Shown here: positions 20,391 to 29,497 of the stretch, piece by piece
How positions within the stretch are numbered: the first letter of the stretch is position 1
Layout of the letters: each line of letters opens with the position of its first letter
Assembly (NCBI GenBank): GCA_049521795.1
Contig: JBEKOM010000004.1
Span: 64,001 to 128,000, forward strand
Direction of reading: 5' to 3'
DNA: 64,000 nt
Source: Candidatus Bathyarchaeia archaeon
GTDB taxonomy: Archaea; Thermoproteota; Bathyarchaeia; Bathyarchaeales; Bathycorpusculaceae
Program-made: the position numbers and the translations under genes
Notes under the pieces: model-generated
Told to the model about the DNA's origin: nothing
The model's input: the letters and a program-made list of their open reading frames with translations, nothing else
Database searches by the model: none

Positions 20391-21902
20391 ATGGTTGACC
20401 TCAGAGAACACGAACAAAGAACACTCTCAACCTTGGCTAAGCTAGGTGGAAAGACATCAGCTGAACAGTTGATAAGCCAAAGTGGACTGTCCGACGCTGC
20501 GGTGATGCGCGCAGCGTTGACCCTGCAGGACAAGAAACTTGTACAGATCAATGAAGAAGAAGAGACAATCATGAGACTCAACGCGGAAGGAAAAATATAT
20601 GCAACAAGCGGACTGCCGGAAAGGCAAGCCATACGCGCCTTAAGCAGACTAGGCGGCAAAGCGCCTCTAGTAGAAGTCTTTGAAAAAGCTGAGCTTGGGA
20701 AGCAGCTTATCCCTATCGCGTTAGGCTGGATTCAAAGAAAGAAATGGGCAACTCTGGACTCGAAAGCAAACACTCTGCAGTTGCAGGGAAAACAAGAAGA
20801 GGAGAACGATGAGAAACTCGTGAAACTTTTGGCTGAACGGAAAGAAGCCAGAGTTGAAGACTTGAGTCCTGACCTTCAAGAAGCTTTTCCACTTCTGAAG
20901 AGAAGAAAGATCCTTGATGTTGAAGAGAAGACGAAGAGAATAATCGAATTGACAGAAGCTGGCAATGCTTTAGTCAGAAGAGGATTGAAAGCCGCTGCTG
21001 AAGTTACGCAGCTCACCCCTCAACTCATAATTACCGGTAAATGGCGGAAGGTAAGCCTTCAAAAGTACAACATACAAGCCCCAGTTGCAAAGACGTGGCC
21101 AGGCAAAAAGCATCCCTATCTCCAGTTCATCGACAGCGTGAAAGAGAAACTCATCAACTTAGGATTTGAAGAGATGACTGGCACGAGCGTCGAAACGTCC
21201 TTCTTCAACTTCGATGCTCTGTACATGCCTCAGGACCATCCGGCCCGCGAGATCATGGACATATACCTCGTGAAGTCTCCAAAGTACGGCAGCATAGGCG
21301 CTTCGAAGCGTGTCCTTCAAAACGTTAAGCAAACTCATGAGAACGGCTGGAAAACGGGCTCAACCGGATGGCGGTACAATTACTCCGTCAAAGATGCAAA
21401 ACGTCTGATCCTGCGAGGTCACGGAACCTGCCTCAGCGCCAGAACCCTTCTGAGCAAAGACCTGCACATCCCAGGCAGGTATTTCTCGATCGCCCGCTGC
21501 TACAGACCAGACGTGCTTGACCAAACTCATCTCACCGAGTTCAACCAGGTTGAAGGAATCGTCGTTGACGAGAACCTGAACCTCAGAGACCTCTTGGGAA
21601 TTCTGCTGGCTTTCGCCACTGAAATAGCCGAGGCTGACAAAGTCAGGCTGAAGCCGGATTATTACCCGTTCACCGAGCCCAGCGTGGAACTCAGCGCCTA
21701 CAAGAAAGGATACGGATGGATCGAGTTCGGAGGCTCAGGCATCTTCAGGCCCGAAGTCACCCTGCCCCTGGGCATCAAGGTTCCTGTCATCGCGTGGGGC
21801 TTAGGCATAGACCGTTTGTTCATGATGAAGGCTGGAATAGACGACATACGAAGCATCTTCTCTAATGATCTACTATGGTTGAGGACTAAGGAGGTCGCGT
21901 AG
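20391..21902 (+). CDS. pheS: Phenylalanine--tRNA ligase alpha subunit
   Basis: NFDALYMPQDHPAR, THLTEFNQVEG, YPFTEPS, AWGLGIDR. Confidence 0.97.
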   Translation: MVDLREHEQRTLSTLAKLGGKTSAEQLISQSGLSDAAVMRAALTLQDKKLVQINEEEETIMRLNAEGKIYATSGLPERQAIRALSRLGGKAPLVEVFEKAELGKQLIPIALGWIQRKKWATLDSKANTLQLQGKQEEENDEKLVKLLAERKEARVEDLSPDLQEAFPLLKRRKILDVEEKTKRIIELTEAGNALVRRGLKAAAEVTQLTPQLIITGKWRKVSLQKYNIQAPVAKTWPGKKHPYLQFIDSVKEKLINLGFEEMTGTSVETSFFNFDALYMPQDHPAREIMDIYLVKSPKYGSIGASKRVLQNVKQTHENGWKTGSTGWRYNYSVKDAKRLILRGHGTCLSARTLLSKDLHIPGRYFSIARCYRPDVLDQTHLTEFNQVEGIVVDENLNLRDLLGILLAFATEIAEADKVRLKPDYYPFTEPSVELSAYKKGYGWIEFGGSGIFRPEVTLPLGIKVPVIAWGLGIDRLFMMKAGIDDIRSIFSNDLLWLRTKEVA

Positions 21903-21903
21903 C

Positions 21904-23598
21904 ATGCCAACCATAGACGTCGACTACGCAGAATTCGAGAAACTGCTGGGGACAGAGCTGCACAAAGACCCTGAAAAAATCGATAAAGTCCTAGCCTTAG
22001 CCAAGTGCGAAATGAAACTTTTCGATGAAAACACCGGCGCGATGACCATTGAGTTCAAGGACACAAACCGAGCAGATCTCTGGAGCATTGAAGGATTAGT
22101 CAGGACTCTGCGCCTGCTCTTAGGACTGGACAGAGGCTTGAAGCGGTACAAGACAGTTAAAGAATTGGCTGAGGTGTACGTTGACAAGAGACTAGCCAAT
22201 ATCAGACCGTACATAGGCTGTTCCATAATCAAGAACCTCAAATTGACGGACCCGATGATTCGAGCGGTGATGCAGCTTCAGGACAAGCTAGACCACACGT
22301 ACGGGAGAAACAGACGCCGAACGTCCATCGGCCTGTACAACTTTGACCTCATGACCCCTCCTTTCAGCTACACCGTTGTCAAGCCTACAGAAGTCAGTTT
22401 TGTGCCGCTTGGCTTTGAGAAAGAGATGAATCTGAGGGAGATTCTGAAGCACCACCCTAAAGGGTTAGAGTACGGTTCAACCGTAGCGGGAAACAGCGTC
22501 TACCCGATACTTCTTGACAGTGAGAAGAGGGTACTATCATTCCCACCGATCATAAACTCAAACGACCTTGGGAGAGTGACCGAGGACACTAGGAACGTTC
22601 TGGTCGAAGTCACGGGCACAGTTCATGAAACCGTGCTCAACACACTCAAGATAGTAACCTTGTCGCTGATTGACAGAGGAGGAAAGGCTTACTCCACCAT
22701 GGTTCATTATCCGGATGACAGTTTGACGGTGGTGACGCCGAGTTTTGAAACGGGGCAGATGGACCTTGACGTTGGATACGCAAACAAAGTATTAGGCCTT
22801 CAGCTGAAACCCCGACAGATCGGTAAACTGCTTGAGAAAGCCGGCTTCGGAGTTGCAAAACTCGAAAGGGACAAGATAACCGTGGAAATCCCTTGCTACC
22901 GAATTGACATAATGCACCCGATAGACCTGATTGAAGATGTTGCCATAGCCTATGGATATGATAATATCAAACCGTTCTGGCGCAAGCTGTCGACGAGAGG
23001 CGGCGCCAAGCCGTGGCAAGCCTTTCTTGACGTTGCCAGAGAGCTAATGGTAGGGCTCGGCTTCCAAGAAGTTCTCACGTTCAACATGACAAACCCAGAA
23101 AACCTGTTCACTAAAATGAACATCAAAAAACAGAGAATAGTGGAGCTGGCAAACCCGAAGGTTCAGACGTTGACGTGTCTCAGAAACTGGATGCTGCCGA
23201 GCCTACTGGAGTTCTTGAGCCACAACCTTCACATTGAATATCCCCAGAAAGTGTTTGAACTCGGCACGGTCACGGTTTTGGATGAGAAGTCAGAGACACG
23301 AACGAGAGACGTGCACACTCTTGCAACGGTCATCTCCCACGCAAACGCAAGCTTCACAGAAGTAAAGTCGGCTCTGGACGCGCTTCTCATGAACCTAGGT
23401 GTCCAATGGCAGATAAAAGAGGCAGAGCATCCAAGCTTCATAGAAGGAAGAGTGGGCACAGTCATCGCCAACAGAACAGAAGTCGGAATACTGGGCGAAA
23501 TCCATCCGAAAGTTCTGGAAACGTGGGCGCTTGAAAATCCCGTCGCTGGCTTCGAACTTAACATCGATAGCATAAGCAGAATAAGACATGAACACTGA
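21904..23598 (+). CDS. pheT: Phenylalanine--tRNA ligase beta subunit
   Basis: NRADLWS, SFPPIINS, YRIDIMHPIDLIEDVAIAYGY, GEIHP. Confidence 0.97.
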   Translation: MPTIDVDYAEFEKLLGTELHKDPEKIDKVLALAKCEMKLFDENTGAMTIEFKDTNRADLWSIEGLVRTLRLLLGLDRGLKRYKTVKELAEVYVDKRLANIRPYIGCSIIKNLKLTDPMIRAVMQLQDKLDHTYGRNRRRTSIGLYNFDLMTPPFSYTVVKPTEVSFVPLGFEKEMNLREILKHHPKGLEYGSTVAGNSVYPILLDSEKRVLSFPPIINSNDLGRVTEDTRNVLVEVTGTVHETVLNTLKIVTLSLIDRGGKAYSTMVHYPDDSLTVVTPSFETGQMDLDVGYANKVLGLQLKPRQIGKLLEKAGFGVAKLERDKITVEIPCYRIDIMHPIDLIEDVAIAYGYDNIKPFWRKLSTRGGAKPWQAFLDVARELMVGLGFQEVLTFNMTNPENLFTKMNIKKQRIVELANPKVQTLTCLRNWMLPSLLEFLSHNLHIEYPQKVFELGTVTVLDEKSETRTRDVHTLATVISHANASFTEVKSALDALLMNLGVQWQIKEAEHPSFIEGRVGTVIANRTEVGILGEIHPKVLETWALENPVAGFELNIDSISRIRHEH

Positions 23599-24190
23599 GG
23601 CAAGAACAATAACCTTTAACTTTCCTAACACGCCTATTTCTGGTTGGCGATGACGCAGTTGAGCCATTCCTAATCCCGTCGACAAATCCACGCAGACGGA
23701 CCCAACAGAAGAGAGCAAGCTGTGTGCTTGCCTATTCTTATGACGACGGGTTTACCCAAACGTGGGACACGACGGGCGCGGGCAAAATTCCCTCGACGGA
23801 GAGAGCTTAGCTTAGAGGAGCGCATCGCCCCACAATGAAGTTAAGTGTTAGGTTACGTGGGAGACACGTGCCCGCGACAAAACAACCTTCACAAACGTTT
23901 CCAAGCCATGTTTAAAACAGGTTCGAGCACGCCGCCCACACTCAGATCACATTGAGACACAGTTCAAACATGAGTTCGTGATAGCAGATTTTGATGAACC
24001 AACGCCATCAAAGAAGGCCATTGAGGAACACTACAGAGAATTCGATGACGAACAAAAGTGCGTCCCAAGGTTTCTATCTATATGTGGCAAGATAAGATAG
24101 ACATCGAGCTCAAACCGTAGCGTTGCGTCGGAAGCAACTCTTAAGTTTCACTCGCACATAGAAGCTAGGAAGAAAACCGCATAGGTAAGG

Positions 24191-25285
24191 TTGAACTTGG
24201 ACATCGAGACGAAGATGGAACTTGTCTGCAGACCTCCGACTGAAGAGGTCTTAACACCTGAAGACTTGAGGCACCTTCTGCAAACAGAGGAGCATCCGAT
24301 AGCCTACAATGGATGGGAACCATCCGGCCTGGTCCACCTCGGAACGGGCTTGATCTGTGTCTACAAGATTAAGGACTTCATAGAGGCTGGAATACGTTAC
24401 AAGGCGTACCTCTCCACGTGGCACGCATGGCTGAACAACAAGATGGGCGGAGACCTCAAACTCATCAGAAAAGCAGCAGAACTCTTCAAGCACTCGTGGA
24501 TAGCCCTAGGCGTGCCGCCGGAAAAGGTTGAATTCATCTACTCAGACGAACTGTACGACGACGTAGACTATTGGGCTAAAGTAGTCATGGTTGCAAAGAA
24601 CTTGTCCATAGCCAGGGTGACCAGGACACTGGAGATTGCAGGAAGAAAAGAATCAGAAGCAAGACGCGTCTCAGACTACATGTACACACCGATGCAGGTT
24701 GCCGACATATTCCACATGGAAGTGAAGATATGTCAGTTAGGCATGGACCAGCGAAAAGCGAACGTCGTCGCGAGAGAACTGGGCGAACGCCTCGGATTCT
24801 GGAAGCCAGTGTGCGTGCACCACAGCTACCTTCAAGGGCTTGTGAAACCTCCTCTCTGGCCCATCCCGAAAGAAAAGGAGAGAGAGATCCTGTCATCGAT
24901 AAAAATGTCAAAGAGCAGGCCTGAAACTTGCATTTTCATCTACGACTCGCCTGAAGAGATAAAGAAAAAGATTTCAATGGCCTTCTGCCCGGAAAAAGCC
25001 GTCGAGTATAATCCGATACTGGAGATCTGCAAGTACATAATCTTCAAAGAAGAGAAGACATTCACGATAGACAGGCCTGCCAAGTACGGAGGAAGAGTCG
25101 AGTTCCACAGTTTCCGAGAGCTTGCAAATTCCTACGCGAGCGGAAGCCTGCACCCGCAAGACCTCAAAAATTCCGTGGCTGCAGATCTCGCGGAAATCCT
25201 TGCACCAGTAAGGAGGTACTTCGAAGGTAATAGAGAAGCAACTGAGTGCCTTAACCTCGTGAGAAAAGCTGACGTTACAAGGTAG
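24191..25285 (+). CDS. tyrS: Tyrosine--tRNA ligase (archaeal type)
   Basis: YNGWEPSG, HLGT, YTPMQVADI, GMDQRK, KMSKS, LHPQDLK. Confidence 0.96.
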   Translation: MNLDIETKMELVCRPPTEEVLTPEDLRHLLQTEEHPIAYNGWEPSGLVHLGTGLICVYKIKDFIEAGIRYKAYLSTWHAWLNNKMGGDLKLIRKAAELFKHSWIALGVPPEKVEFIYSDELYDDVDYWAKVVMVAKNLSIARVTRTLEIAGRKESEARRVSDYMYTPMQVADIFHMEVKICQLGMDQRKANVVARELGERLGFWKPVCVHHSYLQGLVKPPLWPIPKEKEREILSSIKMSKSRPETCIFIYDSPEEIKKKISMAFCPEKAVEYNPILEICKYIIFKEEKTFTIDRPAKYGGRVEFHSFRELANSYASGSLHPQDLKNSVAADLAEILAPVRRYFEGNREATECLNLVRKADVTR

Positions 25286-25290
25286 AAGCG

Positions 25291-25710
25291 TTGTCCAAGC
25301 ATCTGAAAGAGAGAGAAGAGAGAATTCAGCAAGTACTAGCGTGTCTGATAGAAGAATCGGCAAAAGGAATTCTCATAATCGTAGAAGGAAAGAATGACGT
25401 TCAAACGCTGAGACAACTGGGCGTTGGGGGAGAGATAATATCCGCAAAGACAGGCGGAAGGACACGACTGGATGTCATCTGTGAAGTGGAGGAAAGCGGG
25501 GCCAAGGAAGTGATTATGCTGCTGGACTTTGATCGGCGCGGCAAAGAATGGACAAGAGTGCTCAAGCAACACTTGGAAAAGGCGAAGATAAAACCCAACC
25601 TCACATTTTGGAATGAACTCATGCGGTTCGCAGGCAGAGAGGTCAAGGATGTTGAAGGCCTAGCCTCCTACATTCGAACGTTGAAGAAGAAAGCTGGCGA
25701 AATACCGTAA
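25291..25710 (+). CDS. Small Toprim domain protein
   Basis: IIVEGKND, LLDFDRRG. Confidence 0.9.
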   Translation: MSKHLKEREERIQQVLACLIEESAKGILIIVEGKNDVQTLRQLGVGGEIISAKTGGRTRLDVICEVEESGAKEVIMLLDFDRRGKEWTRVLKQHLEKAKIKPNLTFWNELMRFAGREVKDVEGLASYIRTLKKKAGEIP

Positions 25711-25853
25711 GAATGAGAAAAGCTTAAAGAGTGTGATTTCTAATTCATAAGTGTAATATATAGTGGATGTTAAGACAAGATCTCGTGGTTGAGAAGGAAA
25801 ATTCTCAATCCACGTGATCAACTAACCATTAACTCATCATTAGGAGGTGCACG

Positions 25854-27002
25854 ATTACGGGTTCGTCACAGACGTTTACTATAAAGTACGTTATAAACGC
25901 TAAATTCGAAATTGAAGGTGTAGTTGAAAAGCCGGATGTCATCGGAGCTGTTTTCGGGCAGACGGAAGGTCTTTTCGGGCCGGAGCTTGACCTTAGAGAA
26001 CTTCAAAAGTCAGGCAGAATCGGAAGAATAGAGATTGAACTTCACTCTAAACAGGACAAGACAACGGGCAACATAACCATTCCAACAAGCTTGGACAGAG
26101 TCTCCACGGCTCTGATCGCTTCAAGCATAGAAAGCATAAACAGAGTGGGGCCCTGCGCTTCAAAGGTTACCCTTGAAAAAATCGAGGATGTCAGAGAAGC
26201 GCGGAGAAAAATCATAATCGACAGAGCAAAAGAGATTCTTCACAAGTGGACGATTGAATCCATGCCCTCGGTCGACGAAGTGTTCAAAGAAGTCTCGGAA
26301 ACCCTGAAGCTCGGTAAGGTTGAGAAGTACGGGCCTGAGGAACTTCCAGCTGGACCTGGGCTTGAAAGCGCAAAGGAAATAGTCGTTGTTGAGGGCAGAG
26401 CGGACATCATAAACCTGATGCGATGCGGACTGTTGAACACGGTGGCGTTGGAAGGGGCAAAGGTTCCTGAGGCAATAAAGACGCTCTGCAAGGAAAAAGA
26501 AGCCACAGCCCTCCTCGACGGAGACAGGGGCGGAGACTTGATCCTGAAGGAACTGCAGCAGGTAACGGACGTGAAATACATTGCCAGGGCGCCAAGGGGA
26601 AAAGAAGTTGAAGAATTGAACTGCAAAGAAATCTTTGACGCGTTGGCGGCGAAGGTTCCTATTCTGGAACAGTTCAAACCGCCGAAGAAAGAAAAGCTGA
26701 AGGCTGAGGTTCCCAAAGAAATAGTTGAAACGATAAAGACGCTTGAGGGCACTTTAGAGGCAGTTCTTTTGAACGACAAGCTTGAACAGGTAGAACGATT
26801 GCCTGTGAACCAGCTTGCCGAAAAACTTCAGCAGGCAGAAGGGGTGGACACGGTCGTCTTCGACGGCATCATAACGCAGAGGATCGTCGACGTTGCAAGC
26901 GAGAAAAACATAAAACGAATCATTGCTTCACGTCTATCAGACGCCGTAAAACCATCGTTGACAGTTCAGCTTGTAACCTTCCCGGACGTTGCAGAAGGCT
27001 AG
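25854..27002 (+). CDS. dnaG: Archaeal DnaG (primase-like, exosome-associated); probable ATT start
   Basis: Conserved N-terminus KY..AKFEIEGVVEKPDVIGAVFGQTEGL lies upstream of the ORF-track start; Toprim VVEGRAD, DGDRGG. Confidence 0.93.
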   Translation: MTGSSQTFTIKYVINAKFEIEGVVEKPDVIGAVFGQTEGLFGPELDLRELQKSGRIGRIEIELHSKQDKTTGNITIPTSLDRVSTALIASSIESINRVGPCASKVTLEKIEDVREARRKIIIDRAKEILHKWTIESMPSVDEVFKEVSETLKLGKVEKYGPEELPAGPGLESAKEIVVVEGRADIINLMRCGLLNTVALEGAKVPEAIKTLCKEKEATALLDGDRGGDLILKELQQVTDVKYIARAPRGKEVEELNCKEIFDALAAKVPILEQFKPPKKEKLKAEVPKEIVETIKTLEGTLEAVLLNDKLEQVERLPVNQLAEKLQQAEGVDTVVFDGIITQRIVDVASEKNIKRIIASRLSDAVKPSLTVQLVTFPDVAEG

Positions 27003-29383
27003 TTTCCAAAGAAATCTGAGAGTTTTCTAGTCTCTTTTTCGCCCCCTTTCGACTGCAAGAGTTGCTCTTCTGATATGCCGAAGCTTTCAAGGATCCTGGT
27101 TGCAGCTGGCACAACCTGCTTCGACACGTAGTACTCCAAGTCCACTTCGTCATACGAAGCGAGCATGTACGGTTTGACCCTTTCATAGAGCCGCCCCGTG
27201 CCCGTAACGATTACAAAACCGATCTTGTCGCCGACGGAAAGTTCCCAGCCCTTCGCCCTAAGCATTTTGGCGGCCTCAACGTGGGAAGCCTTAACCTCAT
27301 AATCTTCAGCAGGCTTGGTCAGCGTCTTCCAAATTATCAGGTCTCGGTAAGCAACACGCTTCTGCCTGAGCTCATAGATGAACTGCTGCACGAAATCGGC
27401 TGCCTTCTTGGGCGACTGTTCCTTCAAAATGATCTCTAAGACTTTTTCCTGCACCTTCTTTGCTATCGCCGCCCAGTCTCCGCGTACAACTTCCATACCG
27501 ACGATGTCAAGTCTCCCATCCGGTAAAAGACCAGCATACCGCTTCTTTGCTTCAGTGAAAAAAATGCGCACGTAGATCTCGTCAGGTTTGACTTCCAACC
27601 CCATTTTCTCCTTTATCTCTCGTGACAGTCTATCAATCTTTTCTGGCTGATTCTCAACAAAAATGCTGTCAGTGTCACCGTAGACGACCTTCAACTTCTC
27701 TTCTCTGGCCATTTCGATCGCTGTCATTATCGTGTGTCTTCCCCACGCAGCGGCTGCCTCAGCAACAGGCTTCACGTACCATCTGGCACCTATCCACCCA
27801 GCATAGCCATAGGAGGCGTTGGTTAAGATCTTCACGGCTTTCTGACGAGCATCTAAGACACGATACTCCACACTTCCCGGCTTGAGCTTACTCATTTTGG
27901 GCCGGATTTCGTCTCGAACTTCAATCAGGTAAGACAGAACCTCCTTGTAGAAGCCCGGAGGCTCCCTTCGGAACCTATGATTGACCTCAGGAGCTTCGTA
28001 TGTTCCGCCAGAAGGCAACGGATCATTGGGCGACACGTAGGTGTCCGGCGAGAGGTTATAGTTAATCATTAAGTTTGGGTACATTGATTTGAAGTCGAGG
28101 ACAGCGATGTTTTCGTGCAGCCCTGGCTCTGGCTGAAGCACCAAACCGCCCGCGTAGGACCTGTAGGGTTGCTCAACTCTCCTGGGCACGAGCTCGCCGA
28201 TCCCGTGAGTACGCTTTATGAGGAACCATTCCACCCGAAAGCCCGCAGCCGCTGTTCCAACATGGTCCATGGGCAATCCTACGAGATTGGAAAGCTGCAT
28301 GGCGAAGTCCAAAATCGCCTCTGCAATACCCACAATGCAACGGGTATTGTCTGCCGAAAACTTCGCCAAGATCTCGCGTTTGTCTTCACTGTCCCAGAAG
28401 TTTGGGAAGTCTATGTCTTCGATGATCTTTCGGTTCTCAATCTTCATGATACCCAAGTAATCGGCAAGGTTGGCCAGAGTCTTGACCTTTACCTCTGGAA
28501 ATTCCTCTGCATAATCTGCAAGGTCCAAGTTTGCCCTTCCAGTCAGCGAAACGTGACCGTACACACTCGTGTGAGGTTCAGTCTGAGTCCTGTCAACGTA
28601 CAAGTGTAATCCGAGCTTCTTGCATCTCTCTTTGAGAAAAGGCCAGTCTTGTCCATTGTTGCCGTAACCTACGATTATGTCTGGATCGAAGCTTCGAACA
28701 TACTCCGCAAAAGCCTCCAACACTGGCTTGTCGCTCTTGTCATCGCCGGCCAAGAACTGTTTATGTTCGTCTTTGTTGGTTGCGGTTGAAACAATTATCA
28801 CGGGATTTCTGTCTGGTTTAGGCGAACCCTCTCTGCTGTAGTAGATTGATGAAAAGCCCAGTATGCGCAAGGGTGGAGCTTCAACCTTTTCAAGAAGCTG
28901 CGGAAACGATTTTGCTGAGTAAACCTTGTCAATTCGAGCCTTGCTTTTGTTAGGTTCGCCAACCACTTCTGTTTCGTGCCATCCGCATGGAACAACGTTG
29001 TTGTCTATCATGTACCGCATGGTGTATCGAATGTCGTCTTCGAGACAGTCTTTGACGCCTTCGAGCTTTCGAAGAGCCTTCGCATAATCCTGCATAACAT
29101 CAGGATTCTTGCAGTAGACCTTCACGGTCCTAACGGGTTTTCCAAAAAACCTTCGCTCAACAATTTCAAGCTTCGAAACACAGGGAAAACGACCTTGATC
29201 AATTTCGTTAACGACCTTCTCAGGGTCTGCACCGTCTTCAATCACAGCGTAGAAGTACGAGGCAAAGTTCCTGTCTATGACAAGCACTCTTTCTCCAGAA
29301 GGGGTTACACCCCAGAGCCAGATTTCTGGAACCTCGTCTTTAACCTCGTAGTTCAAGTCTAAGAGCCAAAAAGTGACTTTCAT
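26999..29383 (-). CDS. polB: Family B DNA polymerase (PolB3-like), exonuclease motifs degenerate
   Basis: DFKSMYP, KILTNASYGY, YGDTDS, KKRYAG. Confidence 0.95.
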   Translation of the reverse strand: MKVTFWLLDLNYEVKDEVPEIWLWGVTPSGERVLVIDRNFASYFYAVIEDGADPEKVVNEIDQGRFPCVSKLEIVERRFFGKPVRTVKVYCKNPDVMQDYAKALRKLEGVKDCLEDDIRYTMRYMIDNNVVPCGWHETEVVGEPNKSKARIDKVYSAKSFPQLLEKVEAPPLRILGFSSIYYSREGSPKPDRNPVIIVSTATNKDEHKQFLAGDDKSDKPVLEAFAEYVRSFDPDIIVGYGNNGQDWPFLKERCKKLGLHLYVDRTQTEPHTSVYGHVSLTGRANLDLADYAEEFPEVKVKTLANLADYLGIMKIENRKIIEDIDFPNFWDSEDKREILAKFSADNTRCIVGIAEAILDFAMQLSNLVGLPMDHVGTAAAGFRVEWFLIKRTHGIGELVPRRVEQPYRSYAGGLVLQPEPGLHENIAVLDFKSMYPNLMINYNLSPDTYVSPNDPLPSGGTYEAPEVNHRFRREPPGFYKEVLSYLIEVRDEIRPKMSKLKPGSVEYRVLDARQKAVKILTNASYGYAGWIGARWYVKPVAEAAAAWGRHTIMTAIEMAREEKLKVVYGDTDSIFVENQPEKIDRLSREIKEKMGLEVKPDEIYVRIFFTEAKKRYAGLLPDGRLDIVGMEVVRGDWAAIAKKVQEKVLEIILKEQSPKKAADFVQQFIYELRQKRVAYRDLIIWKTLTKPAEDYEVKASHVEAAKMLRAKGWELSVGDKIGFVIVTGTGRLYERVKPYMLASYDEVDLEYYVSKQVVPAATRILESFGISEEQLLQSKGGEKETRKLSDFFGN

Positions 29384-29497
29384 CGAAGATTCTCCAATCC
29401 TAGACTATCATTAGTGGATGAAAACATGCTTTTAAAGGCTTTAGATTCTGTGAAAATCCAAGAGCAAAGCGCATCTGAACGATTTCAAAAAGCTGAC

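Noticed and set aside
23880-24100. Open frame ending ...CVPRFLSICGKIR
   Set aside because: No convincing start and no recognisable family; at most a gene remnant
23600-24190. T-box-like leader upstream of tyrS
   Set aside because: No T-box consensus, and tyrS has its own TATA-like CTTAAG near 24140
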